This document shows, in pieces, positions 18,831-27,449 of a DNA stretch of 64,000 nucleotides (position 1 is the stretch's first letter; each line of letters opens with the position of its first letter). A program made the position numbers and the translations under genes. The notes under the pieces were generated by a model that was given only the letters and a program-made list of their open reading frames with translations, ran no database searches and had not been told where the DNA came from. This DNA is from an uncultured Opitutaceae bacterium (GTDB taxonomy: Bacteria; Verrucomicrobiota; Verrucomicrobiia; Opitutales; Opitutaceae), in assembly GCA_964460895.1 (NCBI GenBank), contig CAYWTK010000004.1:5787-69786 (forward strand), written 5' to 3'.

Positions 18831-19607
18831 TCAGAGGCGCGGGACGACGAGGCCGCCGTCGACCATGATGACCTGGCCGGTCGAGAACGGGAAATCGCCG
18901 CGGGCGAGGGCGGCGACGGCCTTGCCGACGTCCTCGGGGAAGCCCCAGCGCGGCTGGATGGCGAGGCCGTTGGCGAGGAGGCGGTCGTACTTCTCGGTCA
19001 CGCCGGCGGTCATGTCGGTCTTGATGACGCCCGGACGCACCTCGTACACGGGGATGCCGTCGCCGCCGAGCCGCGCCGCGAAGAGCTGCGAGAGCATGCT
19101 CAGGCCGGCCTTCGCGATGCAGTACTCGCCGCGGTTGATGGAGACGACGGTGGCGGAGATGGACGTGATGTTGACGATCGCGCCGGCGAAGGCGGGGTCG
19201 GCCTTCCGCGCCGCCACCATGTCCCGCGCGAACGCCTGGGTGAGGAAGAACACGCCGCGCAGGTTGGTGTTCACCACGTAGTCGTAGCTCTCCTCGGAGG
19301 TCTCGAGCAGGTCGGCGCGGACCTTGGGGGCGACGCCCGCGTTGTTGACGAGGAGGTTGATCGCCTTCCCGCCGGTGAAGGCGAGGGTGGCGGCGCGGAT
19401 GGCCTCGCGGCCCTCGCGGCTGCCCACGTCGCCGCGGGCGTAGCCGACGCGGACGCCGCGGGCGCGGAGCTGGTCGAGGGCCGCGGCGACGGCGGACTCC
19501 TCGCGGACCCCGTTGATGACGAGGTCCCATTTCTCGGCGGCGAGCGCCTCGGCGATGCCGAAGCCGATGCCGCGGCTGCCACCGGTAACAAGGGCGATTT
19601 TGTTCAT
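18831..19607 (-). CDS. SDR-family oxidoreductase
   Basis: TGGSRGIG, NNAG, YCIAK catalytic motif, PGVIKTDMT. Confidence 0.93.
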   Translation of the reverse strand: MNKIALVTGGSRGIGFGIAEALAAEKWDLVINGVREESAVAAALDQLRARGVRVGYARGDVGSREGREAIRAATLAFTGGKAINLLVNNAGVAPKVRADLLETSEESYDYVVNTNLRGVFFLTQAFARDMVAARKADPAFAGAIVNITSISATVVSINRGEYCIAKAGLSMLSQLFAARLGGDGIPVYEVRPGVIKTDMTAGVTEKYDRLLANGLAIQPRWGFPEDVGKAVAALARGDFPFSTGQVIMVDGGLVVPRL

Positions 19608-19611
19608 GGCG

Positions 19612-19936
19612 TTCAGCTGTCAGCGGTCGGCTTTCAGCGTGTTCAGGAGTTGGGGACTGCGGGTGAGGCACGCCGGCCGGGGTCAACGACCCCCAGCTAC
19701 AGGGTGCGGGTTGAAGGATGGGGGTTTGCCGTATCGGGAAGGAGTGGCTCAGCGGGCGCGGACGAGAAGACTACAACTGTAGGGGCGGACCTTGTGTCCG
19801 CCCTCGCGGGCGCGGGCGAGCCGCGCCCCTACAGAAGAGACGAGACGAACCGCAACGGGTACGACTGATGGTTGGTCGCCGGTCACAGATGACAGGTCAC
19901 CGCTCGCTGACAGCTGAAGGCTGATGCCTGACCGCT
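19612..19936. repeat. Inverted heptamer arrays (TCAGCnn / nnGCTGA) enclosing GTAG-type REP units
   Basis: TCAGCTG-TCAGCGG-TCGGCTT-TCAGC on the left, GCTGACA-GCTGAAG-GCTGATG-CCTGACC on the right; TGTAGGGGCG...CGCCCCTACA at about 19778-19833. Confidence 0.8.
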
Positions 19937-19944
19937 CACGCCGC

Positions 19945-21093
19945 TCAGGCGAGCGGCGTGACATCCACCCACTTGCGCTGGGCCCAGGATTGGAGGGCGA
20001 GCTCCGCGAGCTGCACGCCCTTGGCGCCCTCGTGGAGGGTCCAGGGGAAGGCCGAGCCGGTGACGACGTGCTTGAGGAAGAGCTCCCACTGGATCTTGAA
20101 CGCGTTGTCGTAGACCTGCTGGTCCGGGACGCGGACCCAGCCGTCGCGGTACTTGATGGGGGAGTCGATGTCGGGATTCCAGACGCAGCGCGGCGTGGCG
20201 GCCATGGACTGGGCCTTGCAGTCGCGCAGGCCGGCGACGGCGGTGCCGTGGGTGCCGTCCACGTGGAGGGTGAGCAGGTCGTCGCGGTCCACGCGGGTCG
20301 TCCACGAGGAGTTGAAGTGGCAGACGACGCCGTTGGTCAGCTCGAACGTCGCGTAGGCCGCGTCGTCGGCCGTGCACTTGTACGGCTTGCCCGCCTCGTC
20401 CCAGCGCTGGGGGATGTGGGTGGCGCCGAGGCAGGTGAGGGACTTGATGTCGCCGAAGAGGTTCTGGATCACGTACTGCCAGTGACAGACCATGTCCACG
20501 ATGATGCCGCCGTCGTCCTCCTTGCGGTAGTTCCACGACGGGCGCTGGAGCTTCTCGAACTCGCCGGTGAAGACCCAGTAGCCGAACTCGCCGCGGACGG
20601 AGAGGATCTTGCCGAAGAAGCCCTGGTCCATGAGCCACTTCAGCTTCACGAGGCCGGGGAGCCAGAGCTTGTCCTGCACGACGCCGTTCTTGAGCCCGGC
20701 GGCGGTCACCTCGCGGGCGAGGGCGAGCGCCTCCTGCGAGGTCGTGGCGGTGGGCTTCTCACAATAGATGTGCTTCTTCGCGGCGATGGCCTTGCGCACG
20801 CCGACCGGGCGCTGGCCGGTGAGGGTGGCGTCGAAGTAGATCTGGTTGGCGGGGTTCGCGAGCTCGGCGTCGAGGTTGGTCGAGACGCGGCCCACGCCGA
20901 CGCGCGCGGCGAGGGCCTTGAGCTTCTCCTCGTTGCGCCCGACGAGCACGGGCACGGGCACGATCGTCTCCGAATCGGAGAGCTTCACGCCGCCCTGGTC
21001 GATGATCGCCTTGATGGAGCGGATGAGGTGCTGGTTGGTGCCCATGCGTCCCGTGACGCCGTTCATGATGATGCCGATGTTGTGAACTTTCAT
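19945..21093 (-). CDS. Gfo/Idh/MocA-family oxidoreductase
   Basis: NGVTGRMG Rossmann region, HIYCEKP, GGIIVDMVCH motifs; start taken at ATG 21093. Confidence 0.92.
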   Translation of the reverse strand: MKVHNIGIIMNGVTGRMGTNQHLIRSIKAIIDQGGVKLSDSETIVPVPVLVGRNEEKLKALAARVGVGRVSTNLDAELANPANQIYFDATLTGQRPVGVRKAIAAKKHIYCEKPTATTSQEALALAREVTAAGLKNGVVQDKLWLPGLVKLKWLMDQGFFGKILSVRGEFGYWVFTGEFEKLQRPSWNYRKEDDGGIIVDMVCHWQYVIQNLFGDIKSLTCLGATHIPQRWDEAGKPYKCTADDAAYATFELTNGVVCHFNSSWTTRVDRDDLLTLHVDGTHGTAVAGLRDCKAQSMAATPRCVWNPDIDSPIKYRDGWVRVPDQQVYDNAFKIQWELFLKHVVTGSAFPWTLHEGAKGVQLAELALQSWAQRKWVDVTPLA

Positions 21094-21103
21094 GATGAGA
21101 GGG

Positions 21104-21170
21104 GCCACAAAAGGCGCAAAAGGCGCAGAATGGCCGCGGAGTGTTTTGAGGTTTTTGTGCTTTTTGTGGC
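21104..21170. repeat. Palindromic element built of 9-bp-period units
   Basis: GCCACAAAA-GGCGCAAAA-GGCGCAGAA ... TTTTGAGGT-TTTTGTGCT-TTTTGTGGC. Confidence 0.85.
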
Positions 21171-21183
21171 TAAACGGAATTGG

Positions 21184-22023
21184 TCACACGTGGTCGCGGT
21201 AGGCCTGGACGATCTTGGCGAGGTAGTCGTCCTGGTCCGTCGCCCACAGGCGCGTGGAGAAGACCTCGACCTCGATGCAGCCGCGGAAGCCGGCGGCCTC
21301 GACCCAGCCGCGGATCTGGCGGAGGGGGATGCAGCCTTCGCCCATCAGGCCGCGGTCGTTGAGGAGGTCGAGGGTCGGGGTGCGCCAGTCGCAGACGTGG
21401 AAGGCGAAGAGCGCGCCCAGCCGGCCGCAGCGGGCGATCTCGGCCTCGAGCGCGGGGTCCCACCAGAGGTGGTAGACGTCGGCCGCCACGCCGACGAGGG
21501 GCGAGCCGAGCTGCTCGACCACGTCGTTGGCCTGCCCGAGCGTGTTCACCGCGGAACGGTCGGCGGCGTACATCGGGTGGAGCGGCTCGATGGCGAGCTT
21601 CACGCCGGCGGCCTGGCAATCGGGCAGGAGGGCGGCGATGCCGTCGGCGATCTGGCGGCGCGACTCGGCGAGCGGCTGGCCGGGGACGGCGCCGCAGACG
21701 AGGACGATGAGCGGGGCACCGAGCGCGTGGGCCTCGGCGATGGCGCGGCGGTTGTCGTCGAGCGCCTTCGTCCGTCCCTCCGCCGTCGCGGCCGGAAAGA
21801 ACCCGCCGCGGCAGAGCGAGACGACGGACAGCCCGCGGTCGCGGAGCATCCGGCCCGTGGCCGCGATGTCTCGTCCGGCGAGCGTGTCGCGCCAGACCGT
21901 GATGCCCTTGACGCCGGCCGCGGCGAACTTCGCCGCCGCCGTCTCGATCGGCCACGGCTTGGTGGTGATCGTGTGGATGCAGAGGCGCGAGAGGTCGGGC
22001 AGGGGAGCGGCGTGGGTTGGCAT
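21184..22023 (-). CDS. Sugar phosphate isomerase/epimerase (xylose isomerase-like TIM barrel)
   Basis: LAIEPLHP, DVYHLWWD, FHVCDW, GEGCI, EVEVF metal-binding motifs. Confidence 0.88.
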   Translation of the reverse strand: MPTHAAPLPDLSRLCIHTITTKPWPIETAAAKFAAAGVKGITVWRDTLAGRDIAATGRMLRDRGLSVVSLCRGGFFPAATAEGRTKALDDNRRAIAEAHALGAPLIVLVCGAVPGQPLAESRRQIADGIAALLPDCQAAGVKLAIEPLHPMYAADRSAVNTLGQANDVVEQLGSPLVGVAADVYHLWWDPALEAEIARCGRLGALFAFHVCDWRTPTLDLLNDRGLMGEGCIPLRQIRGWVEAAGFRGCIEVEVFSTRLWATDQDDYLAKIVQAYRDHV

Positions 22024-22027
22024 CAGT

Positions 22028-22112
22028 ATCTTTCCTCTTTCTCTTTATCTTTCTCTTCAATCTCCCCGTTCCGAGCCGGAGAAAGAGAAAGAGAAAGAGG
22101 AAAGAGAAAGAT
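22028..22112. repeat. Inverted hexamer arrays (CTCTTT)n / (GAGAAA)n
   Basis: Pyrimidine arm and purine arm around a short spacer; 22091-22112 is the exact reverse complement of 18610-18631. Confidence 0.85.
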
Positions 22113-22123
22113 GGTCGGAGCGG

Positions 22124-23530
22124 TTACTTCACGCACCCGAAGAACGTGTAGTACGGCTTGTTCTCGATCAGGCGCTGGAGGTGCAGGGCGGCCTCGCGGA
22201 GGTGGTAGTCGCCCCACATGCAGGCTTCGCCGCACGGCACCTTGCGGCCGGCGGGGATGTGGTCCCAGCCGTTGGGCCGGTGGTAGACGGTGTGGAGCAG
22301 CAGACCCTGGTGGTCGGGCGACGTGGCGAGGTAGGCGTCGCTCAGCAGCGTGCGGAGCGTCGTGAGGCCTGCCTGCCAGTAGGACTTCCCCTCGCCGGAT
22401 TCGCCGAGGTAGCGGCCGAGGCGGAGGAGGCCCTGCGCGCCGATGGCGGCGGCGGAGGAGTCCACGGGCTCGAAGTCGTTGAACGGCTCGGCCGGGCGGT
22501 CGCGCCAGTCACCGAGGCGGTGGAGGTGCGGGGCGCCGCCGTCCCAGTAGGGGATGCCGTCGAGCGCGGTGTGGGCGATGTACCAGTCGCAGGTGGCGCG
22601 GGCGGCCTTGAGGAGCACCGCCTCCCAGCGGGCGCGGCCGCCGAGCGGGTCGAGCTCGGCGTCGGATACCGTGCGGAGGAACTCGAGTTCCTCGGCGAAG
22701 CCCGTCATGGCCCAGGCGAGGCCGCGGGTCCAGGTGGTGAAGCCGGAGAAGCCCTGCTGCGAGTTCGGGCAGCGGAAGCGGCCGTCGGCCGGGTTGAACA
22801 CCGCCTCGTGCGTCGTGCGCCCGCGCTCCGCCGGCACGTCGTAGCCGTCGCGGCCCTCGCCGTAGTAGATCGAGTAGCGCGCGGTGGCCTCGGCGTGGAG
22901 CAGGCCGCGCTGGAGGAGCGAGTGCGCGGCGTCGTTCTCCGCCATCAGGCGGTGGCCGAGGCGGTGGGCGACCATGAGGATGCGGACGGACCGGATCGTG
23001 TCCACGAACAGCGAATGCGGCCCGTTGAAGGAGTGGATGAAGCCGCCCTCCTCGGTGCCGCGGGTGCCGTTGGTGCCGCCGTGCTGGATGCGCGACCAGC
23101 GGGACGCTTGGACGGCGCCGGACGTCTTGAGCGCCAGCTCGCAGAAGTCCACGTGCGTCGCCGGCAGCCGGCCCTCGTGCTGGAGGCGCAGCCAGTTGCC
23201 GTAGGTGCTGAGGTTGTTGAAGCCGTGGTCGTGCACGCCGATGTGCGAGACGTGCGACGCCATGCGGTCGACGGTGAACTTCGCCGCCGCATCCGCGAAG
23301 CGGCGCTCGCCGGTCGCGTCGAACTGGAGGAAGCCTGAGCCGTAGTTGAAGCCCTCCGTCCACTCCGTCCACCCGCGCGCCGTGTAGCGGCCGGCGACGG
23401 TGAAGACCGGCGAGCCCTTGGCCGGGTCGTAGGTCGAGAAGATCGAGTCGATCTTCTGACCGGACAGCGCCCAGAAGCGGGCGAGGGCGGGAGCGAGGTC
23501 GGCGGGGCGGAGGGTGGAATCGATGCGCAT
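22124..23530 (-). CDS. GH88-like unsaturated glucuronyl hydrolase family protein
   Basis: WTEGF, HDHGF, TWTRGLAW, IPYWD, DSSAAAI, WGDY motifs of the (alpha/alpha)6 GH88 fold. Confidence 0.78.
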   Translation of the reverse strand: MRIDSTLRPADLAPALARFWALSGQKIDSIFSTYDPAKGSPVFTVAGRYTARGWTEWTEGFNYGSGFLQFDATGERRFADAAAKFTVDRMASHVSHIGVHDHGFNNLSTYGNWLRLQHEGRLPATHVDFCELALKTSGAVQASRWSRIQHGGTNGTRGTEEGGFIHSFNGPHSLFVDTIRSVRILMVAHRLGHRLMAENDAAHSLLQRGLLHAEATARYSIYYGEGRDGYDVPAERGRTTHEAVFNPADGRFRCPNSQQGFSGFTTWTRGLAWAMTGFAEELEFLRTVSDAELDPLGGRARWEAVLLKAARATCDWYIAHTALDGIPYWDGGAPHLHRLGDWRDRPAEPFNDFEPVDSSAAAIGAQGLLRLGRYLGESGEGKSYWQAGLTTLRTLLSDAYLATSPDHQGLLLHTVYHRPNGWDHIPAGRKVPCGEACMWGDYHLREAALHLQRLIENKPYYTFFGCVK

Positions 23531-23542
23531 GAGGGGGAAGGG

Positions 23543-23703
23543 GGCGGAGGACGGAAGACGGAGGGCGGAGGACGGAAGACGGAAGACGGAAGGCGGAAGA
23601 CGGAGGAGGGGGCGGGGTTGCGTTCGACTCTCGACTCTCGGCCTTCGACTTCGACTGCTGCTTGGGTTGCTGATGGCTGAGTGCTGAACGCTGACCGCTG
23701 ATC
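23543..23703. repeat. Three adjacent heptamer tandem arrays
   Basis: 9 x GRCGGAR (23543-23605), about 5 x TCGACTC-like (23624-23656), 5 x GCTGAnn (23669-23703). Confidence 0.88.
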
Positions 23704-23720
23704 GCCGGAGGCCTCGCCTC

Positions 23721-24260
23721 CTAGTACCGCTTCTCCTTCCGCAGGTGCAGAATGACGAACGTCGAGTCGGCGAGGGCCTCGTAGGTGTGCTGCTGGATGG
23801 CGTCGAACTGGATGCTCTGGCCGGCCTCGAGGAGGCATTCCTCGTGGGGGAGGGTGAGCTTCAGCTGGCCTTCGATGACCCAGCAGACCTCGGTGTCGTC
23901 GTGGTGGATCTCCGGCCGGGACACCTTCGCGCCCGCCGGGGCGGTACCGAGCAGGCCGACCACGTTCGCGTAGCGGATCTGCCGGAAGCGGAAGTCGCCC
24001 GAGCGGTACGGCTTCTCCGCGGTGCGGTGGGCGAGGGGGGATTCCGACAGCGCGATGAGGTCGGTGGCGCTCAGGCCGAACGCCCGGCCGAGGCGGTAGA
24101 GCGTGTCGAGCTCGGCCGACTGCTGGTTGCGCTCGAGCTTGGAGATGACCGCGACGGAGACGCCCGATGCCGCCGACAGCTCCGCCAGCGTCAGCCCCCG
24201 TTGCTCGCGGAGGCGGCGCACGACCGAGAAGTCGAATTGGGCGGCTTCGCTCTTGGCCAT
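23721..24260 (-). CDS. XRE-family HTH regulator with cupin domain
   Basis: RRLREQRGLTLAELSAASGVSVAVISKLERN HTH; C-terminal cupin (HHDDTE, FDAIQQHTY). Confidence 0.9.
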   Translation of the reverse strand: MAKSEAAQFDFSVVRRLREQRGLTLAELSAASGVSVAVISKLERNQQSAELDTLYRLGRAFGLSATDLIALSESPLAHRTAEKPYRSGDFRFRQIRYANVVGLLGTAPAGAKVSRPEIHHDDTEVCWVIEGQLKLTLPHEECLLEAGQSIQFDAIQQHTYEALADSTFVILHLRKEKRY

Positions 24261-24652
24261 TTTCGCCGGTGAGAAAGAAAGGCCATAATGTTGCTGTCAA
24301 CGAAAATGCCGATTCCCGCCCGCCCCTCGGGAGCCCGGGCTCTCCGAGCACGGGGATCGGGTCGTGGCTGAGGCCGTCAGGCCTTGGGCGCCCTGAAACG
24401 GCCGCCACGGAATGGGGAACTCAGGAATTCAGGAATCGGGCCAACGGCCTGGTTCCTGATTCCCTCATCCTCCGCTCCGACCACACCCCCCGGCTCGGAT
24501 CTCACGGACAGCCCCGGCATCCGCCATCCCCATCGCCCTTCAACCTCAACCATCAACCTCAACGGGCGGCTCGGGCCGCCTACCCGCGCCCCTTGGATTT
24601 CAGCACTTGCGCGCGCCCGGCTAATGACCCAAGTTGCGCGCGGTTTTTCTCC

Positions 24653-24727
24653 GGTGCGGTAGCCAAGTGGTAAGGCCGAGCTCTGCAAAAGCTCTATTCG
24701 GCGGTTCGATTCCGCCCCGCACCTCCA
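24653..24727 (+). tRNA. tRNA-Cys (GCA)
   Basis: Acceptor stem GGTGCGG/CCGCACC, D-arm AGCCAAGTGGTAAGGC, anticodon arm GAGCT-CTGCAAA-AGCTC, GGTTCGATTCC T-arm, U discriminator and encoded CCA. Confidence 0.97.
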
Positions 24728-25046
24728 CCTATCGGAAGCCGATAGGTGCCCGCCGAAGCCCGCAGGGCGAAATAGGCCTCCAGCCCCCTAGAACGCGCAC
24801 TCCTCCCTTGGCAATGGTGGCGAACTCGACGTGAGGGGGAGGCTGATTAGGAGAGGCCGATTGGCGCCCGGCTGAGGAGAATGAGGCGTGAGCGGGGACT
24901 CAGGCTTGCCGGCAGTCGTCCTTCCGTCCCGCTTTCCGTAATCGATAAAAGCCCTCCGGGGATGGCGGGTCGAGGAGGGCGCCCGTAAAGCTGCGTGCAG
25001 TTCAAGGCGTCGGCCCCGCGCCGGCCCGCTGTCCACCCTAACCCCA

Positions 25047-27344
25047 ATGAAGCTACCCTACCGTTCCCTGTTCGCGGCGTCTCTGTCCGCTTTCGCCGCG
25101 GGTGCGCTGGTCGCCCAGTCCGCTCCGGCCACCGCGCGTTCCAACCAGACGCCCGCCGACGACGAGGTCGTCGAGATCTCGCCCTTCGTCGTGACCACCT
25201 CGTCCGACAACGAGCGCGTCGAGGAATCCACCTCCGGTACACTCGTATCCCGTCCCCTGGACAAGCTGCCGATGGGCATCTCCGTCGTGAGCGCCGAGCT
25301 GATGAAGCAGCTCGACATCTTCAACGCCGACTCGCTCAACCGCGTCGTCCCCGGCCTGGCGAACCAGAACAACACGACCTCCGAGGGCACGGGCAACAAC
25401 ACCCAATACGCTTCGCGCGGCTTTACCGTGCTGCCCCGCCGCAACGGCTTCGCCCCCGGCGGCCGCCTCTACGACATGACGGGCATCGACCGCGTCGAGG
25501 TCATCCGCGGCCCGAACTCGCTGCTCTACGGCCAGAGCGACGCCGGCGGCATCGTCAACTACATCACCAAGCGCCCGCGACTCCGCAACACGACCGGCAT
25601 GCGCGGCACGATCACCGCGGCGGGCGGCAACTACGCCTTCTACCGCGGCCAGATGGACGTAGACTACACGCTCATCCCCGGGAAGCTGGGCTTCCGCCTC
25701 CCCGCCTCGATCACGAGCAACGAGCGCGAGTTCAATTTCTTCCGCAACAAGGCGATGGTCGCCAACCCCTCGGTGCTCTGGCGGCCCTTCAAGAACACGG
25801 AGCTCTCCTACGAGTGGGAGTACCTCGACGTGAAGACCAACTTCGGCGCCTTCCAGCCGATCGTCTGGCGTCCGCCGGGCTCGACCGTCGAGTTCGTCGA
25901 CAAGACGAACCGCGGTCTCGGCCGCGAGGCCCGCGGCGGCCTCTTCGGCCCCTACGCCAAGGCCCAGAACCGCCAGACGAACTGGACAGCCGACCTCACG
26001 ACCCGCCTGACGGACAACATCACGTTCCGCGGCGTGTACTCGAAGAACCGCCGCGACCGCAACGAGATCGTCCCGACGGGCGGCGATCCCTTCCGCACCG
26101 TGCCGACGCCCTACTGGGGCGCCAACACCCGCGACGGCAACCGCATCACGGGCTACAAGGGCGACCTGCTCGGCGAATGGGACATCGGGCCGTTCAAGAC
26201 GCGCACGGTGCTCGGCTACGAGTTCAACAAGAACATCTTCTTCGCCTCCATCTGGCGCGGCTGGAACGCGGCGACCAACGCCCGCGACAACCTCTTCACG
26301 CTCAACCTGGGCTACGACCCCGTGACCCAGCGCGTGACCCGTCCGCCGACCGCCGACGACTTCCGTCCGTTCAACGGTGTCTCCGGCGAGTGGCTCGACA
26401 CCCGCCTCGACCCGGCCCTCTGGCGCCTCGAGGTCGGCCCGAACCGCTTCCAGAGCGAGTGGACCAACACCCGCGTGAGCGAGGTGCTCTCCGCCTTCGA
26501 CGACCGCCTGCAGGTCCTCGGCGGCGTCGCCCGCGGCAAGAGCGTGCTGGTCAACACCACGACCGGCGCCGAGGACAACCGCACCGCCACCGTCTGGCAG
26601 GCCGGCATCGGCTGGTCCTTCGACAGGGCGCGCAAGCACATGCTCTTCGCCAACCGCTCGACGAGCTACCAGCCGCAGTTCCTCTTCGACATCAACTTCA
26701 ACCCGCTCCCGCCCACGACTGCGGAGGGCATCGAGGGCGGCCTGAAGTCCACTTGGGGCGACACCGGCCTCTCCACGATGATCGTGTTCTACCAGCAGGA
26801 GCGCAAGGACGTCGGCCGGCAGTTCCAGGACTTCTCCTTCAACCCGCCGCGCACCTACGGCATCGTGACACCCGGCGAGGAAGTGAAGGGCATGGAGTTC
26901 GAGGCCTGGTACCAGGCGACCAAGCGCCTGTCGTTCACGCTCCTCTACGCGCAGTTCGACGGCAAGATCACTGGCGCGCCCCCGACCAACCAGGCCATCA
27001 TCGGCCGCGAGCTGCCCCGCGCCCCGGAGAAGTCCGGCAACCTCCTCGTCAACTACAAGATCGACGGCGAGGGCCTGCTCGGGAACACGCGCTGGACGTT
27101 CGGCATGAACTACAAGAACGACGTGTGGCTCGACACCGGCCTCGGCGCCGCGACGCTCGAGCGCCGCAGCGACGCCGGCTCGGTCTACTTCCTCGTCTTC
27201 TCGAAGGAGTTCAAGCTGGCGAACAAGCGCGCCCTCGCGGTGCGCGTGAACGTCGGCAACCTGACCGACCGCGAGTACATCTCCGAGGGCTTCACGTTCG
27301 GCGAGCCGCGCACCTGGCGCATCGCGACGGACTACAAGTTCTGA
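25047..27344 (+). CDS. TonB-dependent receptor
   Basis: Signal peptide, EISPFVV TonB-box-like segment, IDRVEVIRGPNSLLYG plug motif, NLTDREY, C-terminal DYKF. Confidence 0.93.
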   Translation: MKLPYRSLFAASLSAFAAGALVAQSAPATARSNQTPADDEVVEISPFVVTTSSDNERVEESTSGTLVSRPLDKLPMGISVVSAELMKQLDIFNADSLNRVVPGLANQNNTTSEGTGNNTQYASRGFTVLPRRNGFAPGGRLYDMTGIDRVEVIRGPNSLLYGQSDAGGIVNYITKRPRLRNTTGMRGTITAAGGNYAFYRGQMDVDYTLIPGKLGFRLPASITSNEREFNFFRNKAMVANPSVLWRPFKNTELSYEWEYLDVKTNFGAFQPIVWRPPGSTVEFVDKTNRGLGREARGGLFGPYAKAQNRQTNWTADLTTRLTDNITFRGVYSKNRRDRNEIVPTGGDPFRTVPTPYWGANTRDGNRITGYKGDLLGEWDIGPFKTRTVLGYEFNKNIFFASIWRGWNAATNARDNLFTLNLGYDPVTQRVTRPPTADDFRPFNGVSGEWLDTRLDPALWRLEVGPNRFQSEWTNTRVSEVLSAFDDRLQVLGGVARGKSVLVNTTTGAEDNRTATVWQAGIGWSFDRARKHMLFANRSTSYQPQFLFDINFNPLPPTTAEGIEGGLKSTWGDTGLSTMIVFYQQERKDVGRQFQDFSFNPPRTYGIVTPGEEVKGMEFEAWYQATKRLSFTLLYAQFDGKITGAPPTNQAIIGRELPRAPEKSGNLLVNYKIDGEGLLGNTRWTFGMNYKNDVWLDTGLGAATLERRSDAGSVYFLVFSKEFKLANKRALAVRVNVGNLTDREYISEGFTFGEPRTWRIATDYKF

Positions 27345-27449
27345 ACCTAGGCGCGGGACGCCCGCGGGCGTCCCGACTGGGGCGGAGCGCGACGGGGGTC
27401 GCGCTCCGCTTGCCCGCCTCCCCGTCCTCCCGCCGTCCGCGTCCCGAAC

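Noticed and set aside
23543..23703. Possible CRISPR array in the repeat-rich gaps
   Set aside because: Units are 6-9 bp tandem repeats with no unique spacers, and no cas genes are present
24750..25046. Riboswitch upstream of the TonB receptor
   Set aside because: No cobalamin or TPP consensus elements recognised by eye; an Rfam/Infernal scan would be needed to exclude it fully
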